Shown here one piece after another: positions 18,268-29,300 of a stretch of DNA of 64,000 nt. The stretch lies in NCBI GenBank assembly GCA_949282135.1, contig CASDOR010000001.1:2730-66729 (forward strand), written 5' to 3'. This DNA comes from an uncultured Christensenella sp. GTDB taxonomy: Bacteria; Bacillota; Clostridia; Christensenellales; UBA1242. The notes beneath the pieces are model-generated. The model was not told where the DNA came from and did no database searches. It saw only the letters and a list, made by a program, of their open reading frames with translations. Positions within the stretch are counted from its first letter, which is position 1, and each line of letters opens with the position of its first letter. The translations under genes were made by a program, and so were the position numbers.

Positions 18268-19521
18268 ATGAAAGTAACAATTTTAGGAACAGGTTGTATT
18301 TGGACAAAAAGGGCATGTGCAAGTTATTTAATTGATGATGACATTTTAATTGACCCAGGCTCGGGGACGTTAAAACAATTATTTAAGTCATCAAATGTTT
18401 TACTTCATCATGAAAAAATTGAGAAGATAAAATTAATTTTGATTACACATTATCATATAGACCATTATTTTGATATTGTTCATCTTATGTGGAAAATTGC
18501 AAGCGAGAACAACCCTCACCTAAGTTGTACTATAATTTGTCCTCCAGGTGGAAGAGAAAGGATTGAGACTTTATGTAAACTTGGGATGAGCACCAGTACT
18601 TTCAATAAACTTAATTTTGATAAGTATATAAAATTTATAGATGCGTCGAATATGGGGACTTATGAATTTGGTGACTATGAAATAACTTCGCACAAAATGG
18701 ACCATGGGGATATTGATTGTTATGGGTATAGCTTCAAGGAAAGAAGAGGTAAAACGGTGTCATTTACTGGAGATTCTACAATGTGCGACAATATGATGTA
18801 TTTAATTAACAATAGTGATGTTGCGTTTGTGGACATGGCAGGGACTGATTATTCAAATAAGCATTATAATATTATTGATGGTATTAATCTTATGAAAGAA
18901 TATAGGGGTAAATGTTGCATTGTGCCTTGTCATTTAACAAGTCAGGCTGTTGATTATTGTCAAGGGAGAATAAATACTCCAAAGGAGTTGATGACCTTAA
19001 ACATAAACGATCCTTTGCCATATGATTATGTTTTAGGTGAAAAGAAAGAAAATGCAATAAGGCAGGAGGATTTTAAATTTAAAGTAAAAAAGTTCGAAAA
19101 GATAAAAGGTAAAATTGTTGATTTGGAGTTGGCTCAGACAAAAAACAGGACAGAAAATTACAAAATGCCAACATACTGTTTTAAAATTTTGCAGGCAGGG
19201 ACAGAAAATGTTATAGGAAATTTGACATATAGTGTTGTGCCAAATAATATTGATGGGCATGCTGATAATGTGTCTTTAAGTCTTCAAAAGGATTATGACC
19301 TTAAATCAATAAAATATGAGTGTTGTATGCTGGTGGGGAAGGTTGCAAAAAAACATAAAGCAAAATGTTTATATTTGACTTGTGCTCCAAATGACCTTGA
19401 CACTAGACGCGTTTATGAAAGCTTGGGGGCATATTTAAAAGAAGTAAAGACAATTATTAGTTTTGATAATGATAACAAGAGACAAAACACAGAAAAAAGC
19501 ATTTGGGTTTGGGAGTTTTAA
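18268..19521 (+). CDS. RNase Z-like metallo-beta-lactamase fused to a C-terminal GNAT-like domain
   Basis: ILGTG, THYHIDH, H and TGD metal motifs; C-terminal ...LTCAPNDLDTRRVYESLGA resembles the GNAT motif B. Confidence 0.8.
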   Translation: MKVTILGTGCIWTKRACASYLIDDDILIDPGSGTLKQLFKSSNVLLHHEKIEKIKLILITHYHIDHYFDIVHLMWKIASENNPHLSCTIICPPGGRERIETLCKLGMSTSTFNKLNFDKYIKFIDASNMGTYEFGDYEITSHKMDHGDIDCYGYSFKERRGKTVSFTGDSTMCDNMMYLINNSDVAFVDMAGTDYSNKHYNIIDGINLMKEYRGKCCIVPCHLTSQAVDYCQGRINTPKELMTLNINDPLPYDYVLGEKKENAIRQEDFKFKVKKFEKIKGKIVDLELAQTKNRTENYKMPTYCFKILQAGTENVIGNLTYSVVPNNIDGHADNVSLSLQKDYDLKSIKYECCMLVGKVAKKHKAKCLYLTCAPNDLDTRRVYESLGAYLKEVKTIISFDNDNKRQNTEKSIWVWEF

Positions 19522-21353
19522 TGATGGAAAATAATAAAGTAAGAAATATTGCAATAATAGCGCACGTTGACCATGGTAAAACTAGTCTTGTAAATGAGCT
19601 TCTAAAGCAAGGCGGTGCGTTTAGACAAAATCAAGAAGTTGAAGATAGAGTAATGGATTCCAATGCTCTTGAAAAGGAAAGAGGAATTACTATTCTTAGC
19701 AAAAATGCGTCCTTTTATTACAAAGATATTAAGGTAAACGTAGTTGATACCCCAGGACATGCCGACTTTGGCGGAGAAGTCGAAAGGGTTCTTAAAATGG
19801 TAGATGGAGCACTTCTTGTTGTTGATGCATATGAAGGACCAATGCCACAGACTAGATTTGTGCTTGAAAAGGCTTTAGCACTTAACTTAAAGATAATTAT
19901 TGTTGTTAACAAGATTGACAGAAAAGACAGTCGTGCAAAAGAAGTAGTTGACGAGGTGTTAGAGCTTCTTTTTGACCTCAACGCATCTGAAGAGCAGTTA
20001 GACTCTCCAGTTGTCTTTGCGTCAGCACGTTTTGGGACTGCAACTTTAGATTTGAACAAAGAGGGCAAGGATATGACTCCTCTTTTTGAGACAATTATAA
20101 ATCATATTCCAAGTCCAAAGGGAGATGAAAGTAAGCCTTTTAATATGCTTGTCAGCTCTACAGAGCAAAACGATTTCTTAGGTAAACTTGCAGTTGGTAA
20201 AATTGAGCAGGGAAAACTAAAAGTGAATGATAGTTTGATTGTGACGAACTATCATGATGAGACAAAAAGAGTTTTGTTTAAAGTGCAAAATTTATTTGAA
20301 TTTGCAGGGCTTAAAAGGCAGCCTATTGTTGAGGCAAAAGTTGGCGACATTGTATGTATTGCAGGGGCGGACAATATTACGGTTGGAGATACGTTAAGTG
20401 ACAAAGATAATGTGAATACACTTCCATTTGTTAAGATTAGTGAACCAAGTGTTGAAATGAATTTTATGGTTAATAATAGCCCTTTTGCTGGTAAAGAGGG
20501 TAAATATTGCACTAGTAGACAGCTTAGGGAGAGATTATATAAAGAGGCAGTAAAAGATTTAAGTCTTAAAGTTTTTGATACAGAAAATGCAGATACTTTT
20601 AGAGTGCTTGGTAGAGGGGAGATGCATTTGTCTATTTTAATGGAGAACCTAAGACGTGATGGTTTTGAGTTCCAAGTGAGCATGCCAAAGGTTTTATACA
20701 AAGAAATAGATGGAAAGATGTGTGAACCTATTGAAAGGGCGGTAATTGATGTTCCTGATGACAAGGCAGGTGTTGTTATAAGCACACTTGGAGCAAGAAA
20801 GGGAGAACTTGTTTCAATGCATAGTACCAATAATAGGACTAGACTTGAATATCTAATTCCTGCTCGAGGACTTCTAGGGTATAAAGGGCAATTTTTAACT
20901 GACACTAATGGCGAAGGTATTATGAGTAGTGTTTTTGATAGTTACGGAGAATATAAAGGCCCACTTCAAAGAAGAAATTTTGGTATGCTTGTTGCGTATG
21001 AAACGGGAGAGGCAGTGCAATATGGTCTTTTTTATTCACAACAACATGGTAAATTGTTTATAACTCCAGGAGAAAAAGTTTATGGAGGCATGATTGTTGG
21101 CACAAATCCAAGAACAGAAGACATAGTTGTTAATGTGTGTAAGACGAAACATTTAACAAACACAAGGTCTAGCGCTAGTGACGATGCCTTGAGACTTGAG
21201 CCAATACAAAAACCAAGCCTTGAACAATACCTTGATATGTTAGATGAAGATGAACTACTTGAGATTACTCCAAAAAATATTAGAATGAGAAAGAAAACGT
21301 TAGATCACACAATGCGTGGTAGGGAAAACTTTAGAAGAAAAAATGGTGTGTAA
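19521..21353 (+). CDS. typA: Translational GTPase TypA/BipA
   Basis: AHVDHGKT, EKERGITI, DTPGH, NKID, GRGEMHL and conserved BipA C-terminus. Confidence 0.98.
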   Translation: MMENNKVRNIAIIAHVDHGKTSLVNELLKQGGAFRQNQEVEDRVMDSNALEKERGITILSKNASFYYKDIKVNVVDTPGHADFGGEVERVLKMVDGALLVVDAYEGPMPQTRFVLEKALALNLKIIIVVNKIDRKDSRAKEVVDEVLELLFDLNASEEQLDSPVVFASARFGTATLDLNKEGKDMTPLFETIINHIPSPKGDESKPFNMLVSSTEQNDFLGKLAVGKIEQGKLKVNDSLIVTNYHDETKRVLFKVQNLFEFAGLKRQPIVEAKVGDIVCIAGADNITVGDTLSDKDNVNTLPFVKISEPSVEMNFMVNNSPFAGKEGKYCTSRQLRERLYKEAVKDLSLKVFDTENADTFRVLGRGEMHLSILMENLRRDGFEFQVSMPKVLYKEIDGKMCEPIERAVIDVPDDKAGVVISTLGARKGELVSMHSTNNRTRLEYLIPARGLLGYKGQFLTDTNGEGIMSSVFDSYGEYKGPLQRRNFGMLVAYETGEAVQYGLFYSQQHGKLFITPGEKVYGGMIVGTNPRTEDIVVNVCKTKHLTNTRSSASDDALRLEPIQKPSLEQYLDMLDEDELLEITPKNIRMRKKTLDHTMRGRENFRRKNGV

Positions 21354-21359
21354 TAAATT

Positions 21360-21438
21360 AAAGGACGTACAAAATGAAGTGAGTCCCAAAGGTTAGTTAA
21401 CTTAAGGAGATTCACTTCAAGATTGGGCGTCTTTTTTG
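21360..21438 (+). terminator. Long interrupted hairpin terminator after typA
   Basis: Outer AAGGACGT/GCGTCTTT, inner TGAAGTGA/TCACTTCA, T-run. Confidence 0.65.
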
Positions 21439-21640
21439 TTTTATTTTTTTTATTTTTACCTATTGACTTTTGTCATAAAAAAGCTAAACTATTTTTAGTG
21501 GTTAATTTTCTAAAAATAGGGGATTATTTTAGTAAATTTAACTAAAAACAAACTTACAATATAAGTGAAATCAGTTAAATGTGAAATTTTAAAATTACTA
21601 ACAATATATAATTTTTCACTTTTATATTATAGAGGGAGAA

Positions 21641-21931
21641 ATGAAAATAGAATTAATTGTAAAAGAGGTTGGCAAGTTTAACGATTATGTACTAATTGAT
21701 AAGTTAAAAGATAAACTTTATACAGCATATTTTGAATTTTATGGTGTGCCACAGTTATGTGTGAATGATAAAATTATTGTTGAGGAAGACATACTTAACA
21801 GCAAGAGTGCTAATTATGTCATGCCTTGTGCATTTGAACCGTTAACTGATGGATGTCAAGTGAAATCAAAGGATTTAGCGGTTGCACAAATAAAAGATAA
21901 AGAGTACAAATTAAAAAGAGTTTATGGGTAA
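21641..21931 (+). CDS. Hypothetical protein (96 aa)
   Basis: GAGGGAG RBS; stop is 2 nt before the next start. Confidence 0.75.
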   Translation: MKIELIVKEVGKFNDYVLIDKLKDKLYTAYFEFYGVPQLCVNDKIIVEEDILNSKSANYVMPCAFEPLTDGCQVKSKDLAVAQIKDKEYKLKRVYG

Positions 21932-21933
21932 AA

Positions 21934-23781
21934 ATGGAACAAAATATTGACTTAAAATATATAAAATATCATTATGGAGAAAATTTTGCGCATCTTTGTA
22001 GACGCTTGTTTCCTTCTCTTCTTGAAAAAAGTGGAGATTTAACTCAAATTATAAAAAGGAATTTTAATCCTAGTCGTGAACTTTATTATGACATAGTCAA
22101 TAATTCGCTAATTGAGGATTTTAAGGCTTTTATATTTGGCTGTAGCAAATACATTATGACGCCAATGGTTAAAACAGACAAAAGTCCTGAGGAGCTTATG
22201 GACGAAGCGGGATATGTTTTATACCCTGAATGTCAAAACAATGAAGATATTTTATTGTATAGGCACTTTTATAAGAGAGAAGAGTTGCTTTGTACTTTTA
22301 GAGAGGAAAGGTTAAAAAGTTGTCGTGTGTGGTTTGCAATAAAAAAAGACGTAGATAAAATAAGAAGAGAGGATTTTACAAATCCAGAAAGACAGGATAA
22401 GTACGGCACTAGTGTAATTAGTATTCAATTTACAAAAGGTAAAAGCAATATTTTGTCAATAAAAAATAGGTATAATCATGCTGTAGATAATCCAGATGCT
22501 ACATTTGGTAATAATTTAGATAATATAATTCCTGGCCTAAGTTACGCGTTTTCAAAGGCATATGATTTAAATATAGATTTTGATAGATCCAATTCTTTAG
22601 AAATTCCAAATTATGTTAGAGCGGTGGATGGAAAGTTTTACAAATATAATTCTGAATATAATTGTATTTATTTTTGTTCTAATAATATTGTTATAAAAGA
22701 TGAAGAGCCAGTACAATTTGATAGTAAGCAATATGTTGTTTTTGACAATTATATCTTAGATATGAAAGATAAACTTTTGTTTATTCCTTGGCAAAAAAAC
22801 GTAAACGAATCTCAAGATGCATTTACTAAAAGTGTGGGAAGAATAAAAGAAATTAGAAGAGAATGGTCAAAAAAAGAAGATACTATTTTTTTGATTCCCT
22901 ACAGGGGAGAAAAGGTCGAGATAACTATTAGTAAAAGTGGGCAACTTAAAAGATATTCGAATCCAAATGTTACAAGAATTGAAAATGACTTTTTGATTGA
23001 GAATGAGACTCTAGAAGAATTAGAACTTGAAAATGTAAAACAAATAGGCTCTTATTGTTTGATAGGGAATAGTGAAATAAAAAAATTAGTGCTTCCAAAC
23101 ATAAAAACTATTGGTGATTTTTTTATGGAGTATAATTATGGACTTAAGGATGTGGATTTGCCAAATTTAGAGAGGGTGGGTGATTGTTTTTTCAGAGATA
23201 ATAATTCAATTGAAAAGCTAAACATTCCAAGCCTAAAAAAAGTAGGAGATTGCTTCCTTGCAAGTAATAATGTTATTAAAAAACTCAACATGCCAAATAT
23301 GGTACGAGTAGGTTCTAATTTCTTAGAAAGAAATAATACGCTAGTTGAGCTAAGCATGCCAAATCTTGAGTCAATTAATAATAACTTTATGATGAACAAT
23401 AACAAGCTTTTAAGTCTTAACTTTCCTAATTTAAAATCAGTTGGATATAACTTTTTGAACAAAAATGAAAGTCTTAGAATATTAAATGCTCCAAACCTAA
23501 ATAAGATTAATTTATATTTTTTACCTAGAAATCAATATATTGATTGGTATAATTTGCCTAGTTTGGAATTTGTAGGTAAGGAGCGTTTATCACTAGATGA
23601 TAAGCCACGACTTGCCCTATTATACTCTAACAACTTATTAAAGGAATTACATCAATTGTTAAACGAAACTCAAAATAGTTCTATAAGTAACAAAAATCTA
23701 TTAAATGAGGAAAAATTTTCTAGTGTAGAAGAAATAAAAAGTAAGATTTCAAGGCAGAAAGATGAGGAGCAGATAAAATAG
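21934..23781 (+). CDS. Cytoplasmic BspA-like (LRR_5) protein with unassigned N-terminal domain
   Basis: About 9 exact 22-aa repeats PNLxxVGxxFLxxNxxLxxLxL (~22963-23580); no signal peptide or TM. Confidence 0.85.
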   Translation: MEQNIDLKYIKYHYGENFAHLCRRLFPSLLEKSGDLTQIIKRNFNPSRELYYDIVNNSLIEDFKAFIFGCSKYIMTPMVKTDKSPEELMDEAGYVLYPECQNNEDILLYRHFYKREELLCTFREERLKSCRVWFAIKKDVDKIRREDFTNPERQDKYGTSVISIQFTKGKSNILSIKNRYNHAVDNPDATFGNNLDNIIPGLSYAFSKAYDLNIDFDRSNSLEIPNYVRAVDGKFYKYNSEYNCIYFCSNNIVIKDEEPVQFDSKQYVVFDNYILDMKDKLLFIPWQKNVNESQDAFTKSVGRIKEIRREWSKKEDTIFLIPYRGEKVEITISKSGQLKRYSNPNVTRIENDFLIENETLEELELENVKQIGSYCLIGNSEIKKLVLPNIKTIGDFFMEYNYGLKDVDLPNLERVGDCFFRDNNSIEKLNIPSLKKVGDCFLASNNVIKKLNMPNMVRVGSNFLERNNTLVELSMPNLESINNNFMMNNNKLLSLNFPNLKSVGYNFLNKNESLRILNAPNLNKINLYFLPRNQYIDWYNLPSLEFVGKERLSLDDKPRLALLYSNNLLKELHQLLNETQNSSISNKNLLNEEKFSSVEEIKSKISRQKDEEQIK

Positions 23782-23806
23782 TAGATATTTTATCTGCTAT
23801 TTTTTT
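23777..23806 (+). terminator. Intrinsic terminator
   Basis: AATAGTAGATA/TATCTGCTATT followed by a T-run. Confidence 0.7.
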
Positions 23807-24021
23807 GTCTTAAAGAGGATTTAATTGGTTTTGTATTTTAGTTTTTGGTGTATCTTTTGCTTTTCTACTTTGCTGAGGAGAAAAAAAATTTATTTTGATT
23901 TATTGATAAACAAAACAACTTATAAATTTCAGGTTATTTTGTTAGACAAAAATCACTAATAGTGGTATATTTTTCTTTGGTTTTTATAATGCCAAAAATT
24001 AATATTAATATGGGGGAGAAA

Positions 24022-24714
24022 ATGAATTATACTAGTGAAGTTACAAATATGTGTACAGTTAGAAATGGCGCAAATCATGGGCCAGCACCTATTCCAGAAG
24101 AGGCAAAATGGGTACAAGCAAAAGAAATTAAAGACATATCAGGGTTTACGCATGGAGTAGGCTGGTGTGCACCTCAACAAGGAGCTTGCAAACTTACACT
24201 TAATATAAAAAATGGAATTATTGAAGAAGCTTTAATCGAGACTTTGGGTTGCAGTGGAATGACTCATTCTGCAGCAATGGCAAGTGAAATCTTGGTTGGA
24301 AAAACCATTCTTGAGGCTCTTAATACAGACCTTGTTTGCGATGCTATAAATACAGCTATGAGAGAACTATTTTTACAAATTGTTTATGGTAGAAGTCAAT
24401 CAGCTTTTTCTGAGGATGGTCTAAGCATTGGGGCTGGGCTAGAGGACCTTGGTAAAGGGCATAGGAGTCAAGTGGGGACGTGTTATAGCACGAAACTAAA
24501 AGGGCCTAGATATCTTGAACTTGCTGAAGGATATATCACAAAAATTGGTCTTAATGAAAATGATGAAATAATAGGTTATGAATACATTAATTTTGGGAAA
24601 ATGATGGACTTTATTAAACAGGGAGATAGTCCTATTGACGCAATAAATAAGTCAAGTGGGAGTTATGGAAGAATAAAGGATGCCGTAAAAGTTATTGACC
24701 CAAGAAAAGAGTAG
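24022..24714 (+). CDS. IscU/NifU-N-like Fe-S scaffold-domain protein (partner of GGGtGRT protein)
   Basis: GWCAPQQGAC, GCSGMTHSA, LVCDAIN; start ATG24022 after GGGGAG. Confidence 0.82.
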   Translation: MNYTSEVTNMCTVRNGANHGPAPIPEEAKWVQAKEIKDISGFTHGVGWCAPQQGACKLTLNIKNGIIEEALIETLGCSGMTHSAAMASEILVGKTILEALNTDLVCDAINTAMRELFLQIVYGRSQSAFSEDGLSIGAGLEDLGKGHRSQVGTCYSTKLKGPRYLELAEGYITKIGLNENDEIIGYEYINFGKMMDFIKQGDSPIDAINKSSGSYGRIKDAVKVIDPRKE

Positions 24715-24725
24715 GAGGAGAGAAA

Positions 24726-25724
24726 ATGGTTTTTGAAAATTATGAAAGAAGAATAGATAGAATAAATAAAGTTTTAAATGAAAATGGTATTCGTGACCTT
24801 GATGAAGCAAAGGCACTATGTGATGGTATAGGAGTTGATGTTGCAAAAATAGTAAAAGATATTCAGCCTATTTGCTTTGATAATGCTTGTTATGCTTACA
24901 TGGTTGGAGCGGCACTTGCAATAAAAAGAGGAATAAAAAAGGCAGATGAAGTTGCGAAGTGTATTGGGGAAGGGCTTCAAGCATTTTGTATACCAGGGTC
25001 TGTTGCTGATGAAAGAAAGGTAGGCTTAGGACACGGAAATTTAGGTAGTATGCTACTTAGCGATAGTACTGAATGTTTTGCGTTTGTTGCGGGGCATGAA
25101 AGTTTTGCTGCGGCAGAAGGGGCAATAGGTATTGCAAATAATGCAAATAAAGTAAGAAGCAAACCTTTAAGAGTAATTCTTAACGGACTTGGCAAAGATG
25201 CAGCTCAAATTATTTCTAGAATTAATGGTTTTACCTATGTAAAAACTCAGTATGATTATTACACAGGAAAACTTAATATTGTGGAGGAAATTAGCTATTC
25301 CTCTGGCGAGAGATCAAAAGTTAGGTGTTATGGGGCAAATGATGTTAGAGAGGGAGTTGCTATAATGCATCATGAAAATGTAGACATTTCAATTACTGGA
25401 AATTCTACTAATCCAACACGTTTTCAGCATCCTGTTTGTGGTACCTATAAAAAGGAAAGACTTGAAGAAGGAAAAAAGTATTTTTCAGTCGCAAGTGGTG
25501 GCGGAACAGGTAGAACTTTGCATCCAGATAATATGGCAGCGGGGCCTGCATCATATGGTATGACAGACACTATGGGTAGAATGCATAGTGATGCACAGTT
25601 TGCAGGGTCCTCAAGTGTGCCAGCACATGTTGAAATGATGGGACTTATTGGAATGGGTAATAATCCTATGGTTGGAGCTACAGTTTCAGTCTCAGTTGCA
25701 GTTGCAAGTCATATGAATAAGTAG
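24726..25724 (+). CDS. GGGtGRT family protein
   Basis: Diagnostic SGGGTGRTLHPDNM motif, GHESFAAAEGA. Confidence 0.93.
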   Translation: MVFENYERRIDRINKVLNENGIRDLDEAKALCDGIGVDVAKIVKDIQPICFDNACYAYMVGAALAIKRGIKKADEVAKCIGEGLQAFCIPGSVADERKVGLGHGNLGSMLLSDSTECFAFVAGHESFAAAEGAIGIANNANKVRSKPLRVILNGLGKDAAQIISRINGFTYVKTQYDYYTGKLNIVEEISYSSGERSKVRCYGANDVREGVAIMHHENVDISITGNSTNPTRFQHPVCGTYKKERLEEGKKYFSVASGGGTGRTLHPDNMAAGPASYGMTDTMGRMHSDAQFAGSSSVPAHVEMMGLIGMGNNPMVGATVSVSVAVASHMNK

Positions 25725-25873
25725 TTTATTCTATGGATGAGTTGTCATAACTTAATCAATATATTCCTTTATTTTAGCGAAGATTGTTATTTACGACCGG
25801 TCGGTCGAAACAGTACAAATAATTGAAATAAAAAGATTTGTTTGTTTGAAATTTAATACAGTTAAGCTAATAA

Positions 25874-25910
25874 AAATATGAAACTAAGACAATGGTTTCA
25901 TATTTTTTTG
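25874..25910 (+). terminator. Intrinsic terminator after the GGGtGRT operon
   Basis: AAAAATATGAAAC/GTTTCATATTTTT stem with T-run. Confidence 0.65.
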
Positions 25911-26358
25911 TTTATGCAAAGTGGTGATAGTAGCAATTTGATGTTAATTAAACGAAAATAAATTTAAACAAACTTACAAAAAAAAGAAAAGGGGAGTTTT
26001 TAAAAAGTTTATATTAAAAAGAATTTTATTTGAGTTTTAAGGTTTTTATTCGAGTAAATTTTTTGTAAGAAAGCTAATTGTTTTTTATTTGCTGCTAAAA
26101 AACTTTAAAGCTCACGATTTTCTTTAAAATAAATATAATTACAAAGTTTAGGGTTTACGATTTAGGATGGATTTTTTGAAAAAAACTACAAAAACTTTTA
26201 GAAAAAAATGTTAAAAATTTTTTAAAATATCGCTTATTTGTTTTGGCTTTTGAAATGTATATGATATACTACTTACGTATTATTATGTGGTTATCAAAAT
26301 TGCTTAGTTTTTACAAATATTTTTAGGATGAAAAGGTCATAATACTAAGGAGGAATAA

Positions 26359-29300
26359 ATGAACAACGATACACCAAGAAATAATGGGAATAAAAATCCT
26401 AATCCAGTAAAAAACAGCGTTCCAAATATGCCTAGGGGAAATATGCCTAGACAAGGTCAGGTTCCGCCACCAAACGGTAGAAGGGCTGTCCCAAGGCCTA
26501 TGCCTTCAAATGTTAATCGTGTTCCAAGTCCTAATGGGGTTCCTCGTCAAAATATTAGAGGACCTATAGGCCCACAAGTTCCTCAGAATAGAGTACAAAG
26601 GTCACAAGCGCCTATAAGGCCGCAGACTCCTCCAGTTCAAAACAGACCAAGACCTACCGCTCAAAATTTAAATAGACAGATGCCTCCAAGAGCAAATGGT
26701 ATGCCTCCTCAAAATGCAAATATTAGACCTCAAGTTTTAAATAGACAAAATATTAACAATGTTCCTCCTGTTCAAGCTGCTAATAACGTTCCTCCAAGAG
26801 CTGCTAATCCTAACATGCCACGTGCGGATGTTTTTGAAAACTCAAAGCAAGTCGTTTCGCCTCAAATTTTAACCACAAATAACATGAGTGGGGCTAATTT
26901 AAATGCGGAGAGCAAGCAAAGAACTGATAACATTACACAAAATTCAGTGAATACACAAGAAAGTGTAAATCTTCCACCTAGAAAGGAAGAGGCAACTTTA
27001 CAAGCTAAAGAAGTCTTAGAAAATGAGAGAGTAAATAGTTCTAGCGAGCCAGTTGCGTCTGAGACTATAGTTTCTAACAGTGATGAGCAAAATATAGAGG
27101 CATATAGTGAAGAAAAATTAGAAAATGTTGCCTCTCAAGAAGAAAATGCAGAAAATGACAAGAATGAAGTATATGCGGAAAGTGAGGATGCTGTAGATTC
27201 AGAAATAGAAGAAGAAAGCCAAAGTAATGAGTCTAATGAGAGAAGTGATGAAACTAGTGCGGTAGACACTAGTAGTGCACCAGCTGAAGTTGTTGAGTTT
27301 TCCTCTGAAAAATCTAAAAAAGAGAGAAGAATAAAAAATCAAAAGAATAAAGGTAGAAGTAGAAAAAAAGTAATCGGCATACTTGTTGCGGTTTTTGTAG
27401 GAGTGATTGCACTTGCCGGTTTATTATACGGATTATCTTTAGGAAATAGAACATATAGGATTTCATTTGTAACAGGTCCTTTTGAAGAAATGGAGCCTTT
27501 GACGTTTAAAGATGGAGAATTTCCAAGTGTTAGTGATTTAGATGACATTATGTCGCTTGATGAAGAGCCAAAGCCTTTAGTTGAGTTTACTGGTTGGTAT
27601 TTAGATAAAGACAGAACTATAGAGTATAGACCTAAGGCACTTCATGAAGATTTAACTTTGTATGCTGGTTATGAGCTTGGAACAGTTACGACAGAATTTT
27701 ATATGATAAATGAATATGATGAAGATGGATCATATATCTATTTGAGTGAGGTTGAAACTGAGTATTATACGGGTGAGATTGACTTTTCTTCGCTTGTTGA
27801 ATCCATAACGAGCTTAGATAGTATTTATTACATAGCCGCACCAAATGTTATTGGTTTTGATCCGGTGAATTTTAACACACAAGGTACAAAATCTATAACG
27901 ATAGACGAATATACTAGTTTTCTTGAAAATTATTTTACCATTTCAACTTTTACTCGTATGGATGATGGGAGTTATTCAGTTTACGGAGTAGAAAGTAATA
28001 TTCCTACTCCTAACAAGGATGCAACATTCTATGTGGAGTTTGCACCAAATGACGTTTCTCTTATTTTTAACTCTAATAAAAGTAGTTTGAAAGATTATTA
28101 TGATAGGGTTGGAGAAGGGAGTGAAGATTTTGTAGATAGCACAACCACGACAACTGTTAAGTATGGAGAAGAGTATATTTTGCCATCTTATGCAACAATT
28201 TCAGGTGGTGTCTTTGGAGAATATCCAGAGTATCACAGTCCTTATGGATGGAGCATTGATCCAGACATGCCTATTGAAGAGGGTAATCAAAACTTAATTT
28301 ATGAAGAAAGTGACACTATAAAAATAGATAAGGATTTTTTAAATAATCAAACATCTATTGAACTTTTTGCTCTTTGGATTGAAGGGATGACTCCTCTTGT
28401 GATTTATACTGAACTTGATGATGGCGGTCCTATGCTTGAGACTTCTATTTCTGTAGGACTTAGTAGACCTCTTGAAGACTGGGCGTTTGATTTTATGGAT
28501 GATTTAAACAAAGAGGGTTATGCTCTTTTAGGGTTCAATACAGAAAGCGATTTGTCAGGTGAAGTGGTGTCTTTTGAGGATAGTATTAATGGAAGTGTAA
28601 ATACTCCAGGCTATGACGAAGAGAGGGGCGCGATTGTCCTTTATGCTGTTTATAAAAAGATAGTCAATGAAACAATGTTTTATGTTTATGATGATGTGAT
28701 TGATAGAGCACAAATTGATGAGCTTTCATTAAACATTAGCAATTTTAATATTAATTTAAATCTTGGGCATGAAAAATACGTTTATAATGGTGAGATGGTG
28801 TTGACCGTGCATAAGACAGGTAATGTCATTGATTATATAACCATTTCTAATTTGCTCGAGGGGGCAAGCTTTACTTTGCCTAATTTTTTACGCGAAAACT
28901 ATACTTTAGCAGGCTACCAAAATGCTACCAGTAATAAAAGCGTTAGAACAAACGAAACATTTACTATTGAAAGTAGAGATATAGATGGAACTTCAAATGT
29001 CATACTAAATATGATTTGGCAAGGAGACGATTATGTTTTTGTAGTAAATAACTACGAAGGAGAGGATGGTGTATGGCAAAATAGAGAAATAAGTGTTCCT
29101 TATGGTTCAACTTTAAGATTTGTAAGTTCTACCAGTAATTATCCAGACAATGCAACAACTGTAAGCATACAAATTTATAATGAGTCAACTGGACAAATGG
29201 TAACAGGGGGCAATTTTTCCTTTGTTAGGACGGGTTATGATTTTGTTAATTGGCATAAATATGATGGAGAAAATGTGGGTGACGCAATTGATAGTTCTTT

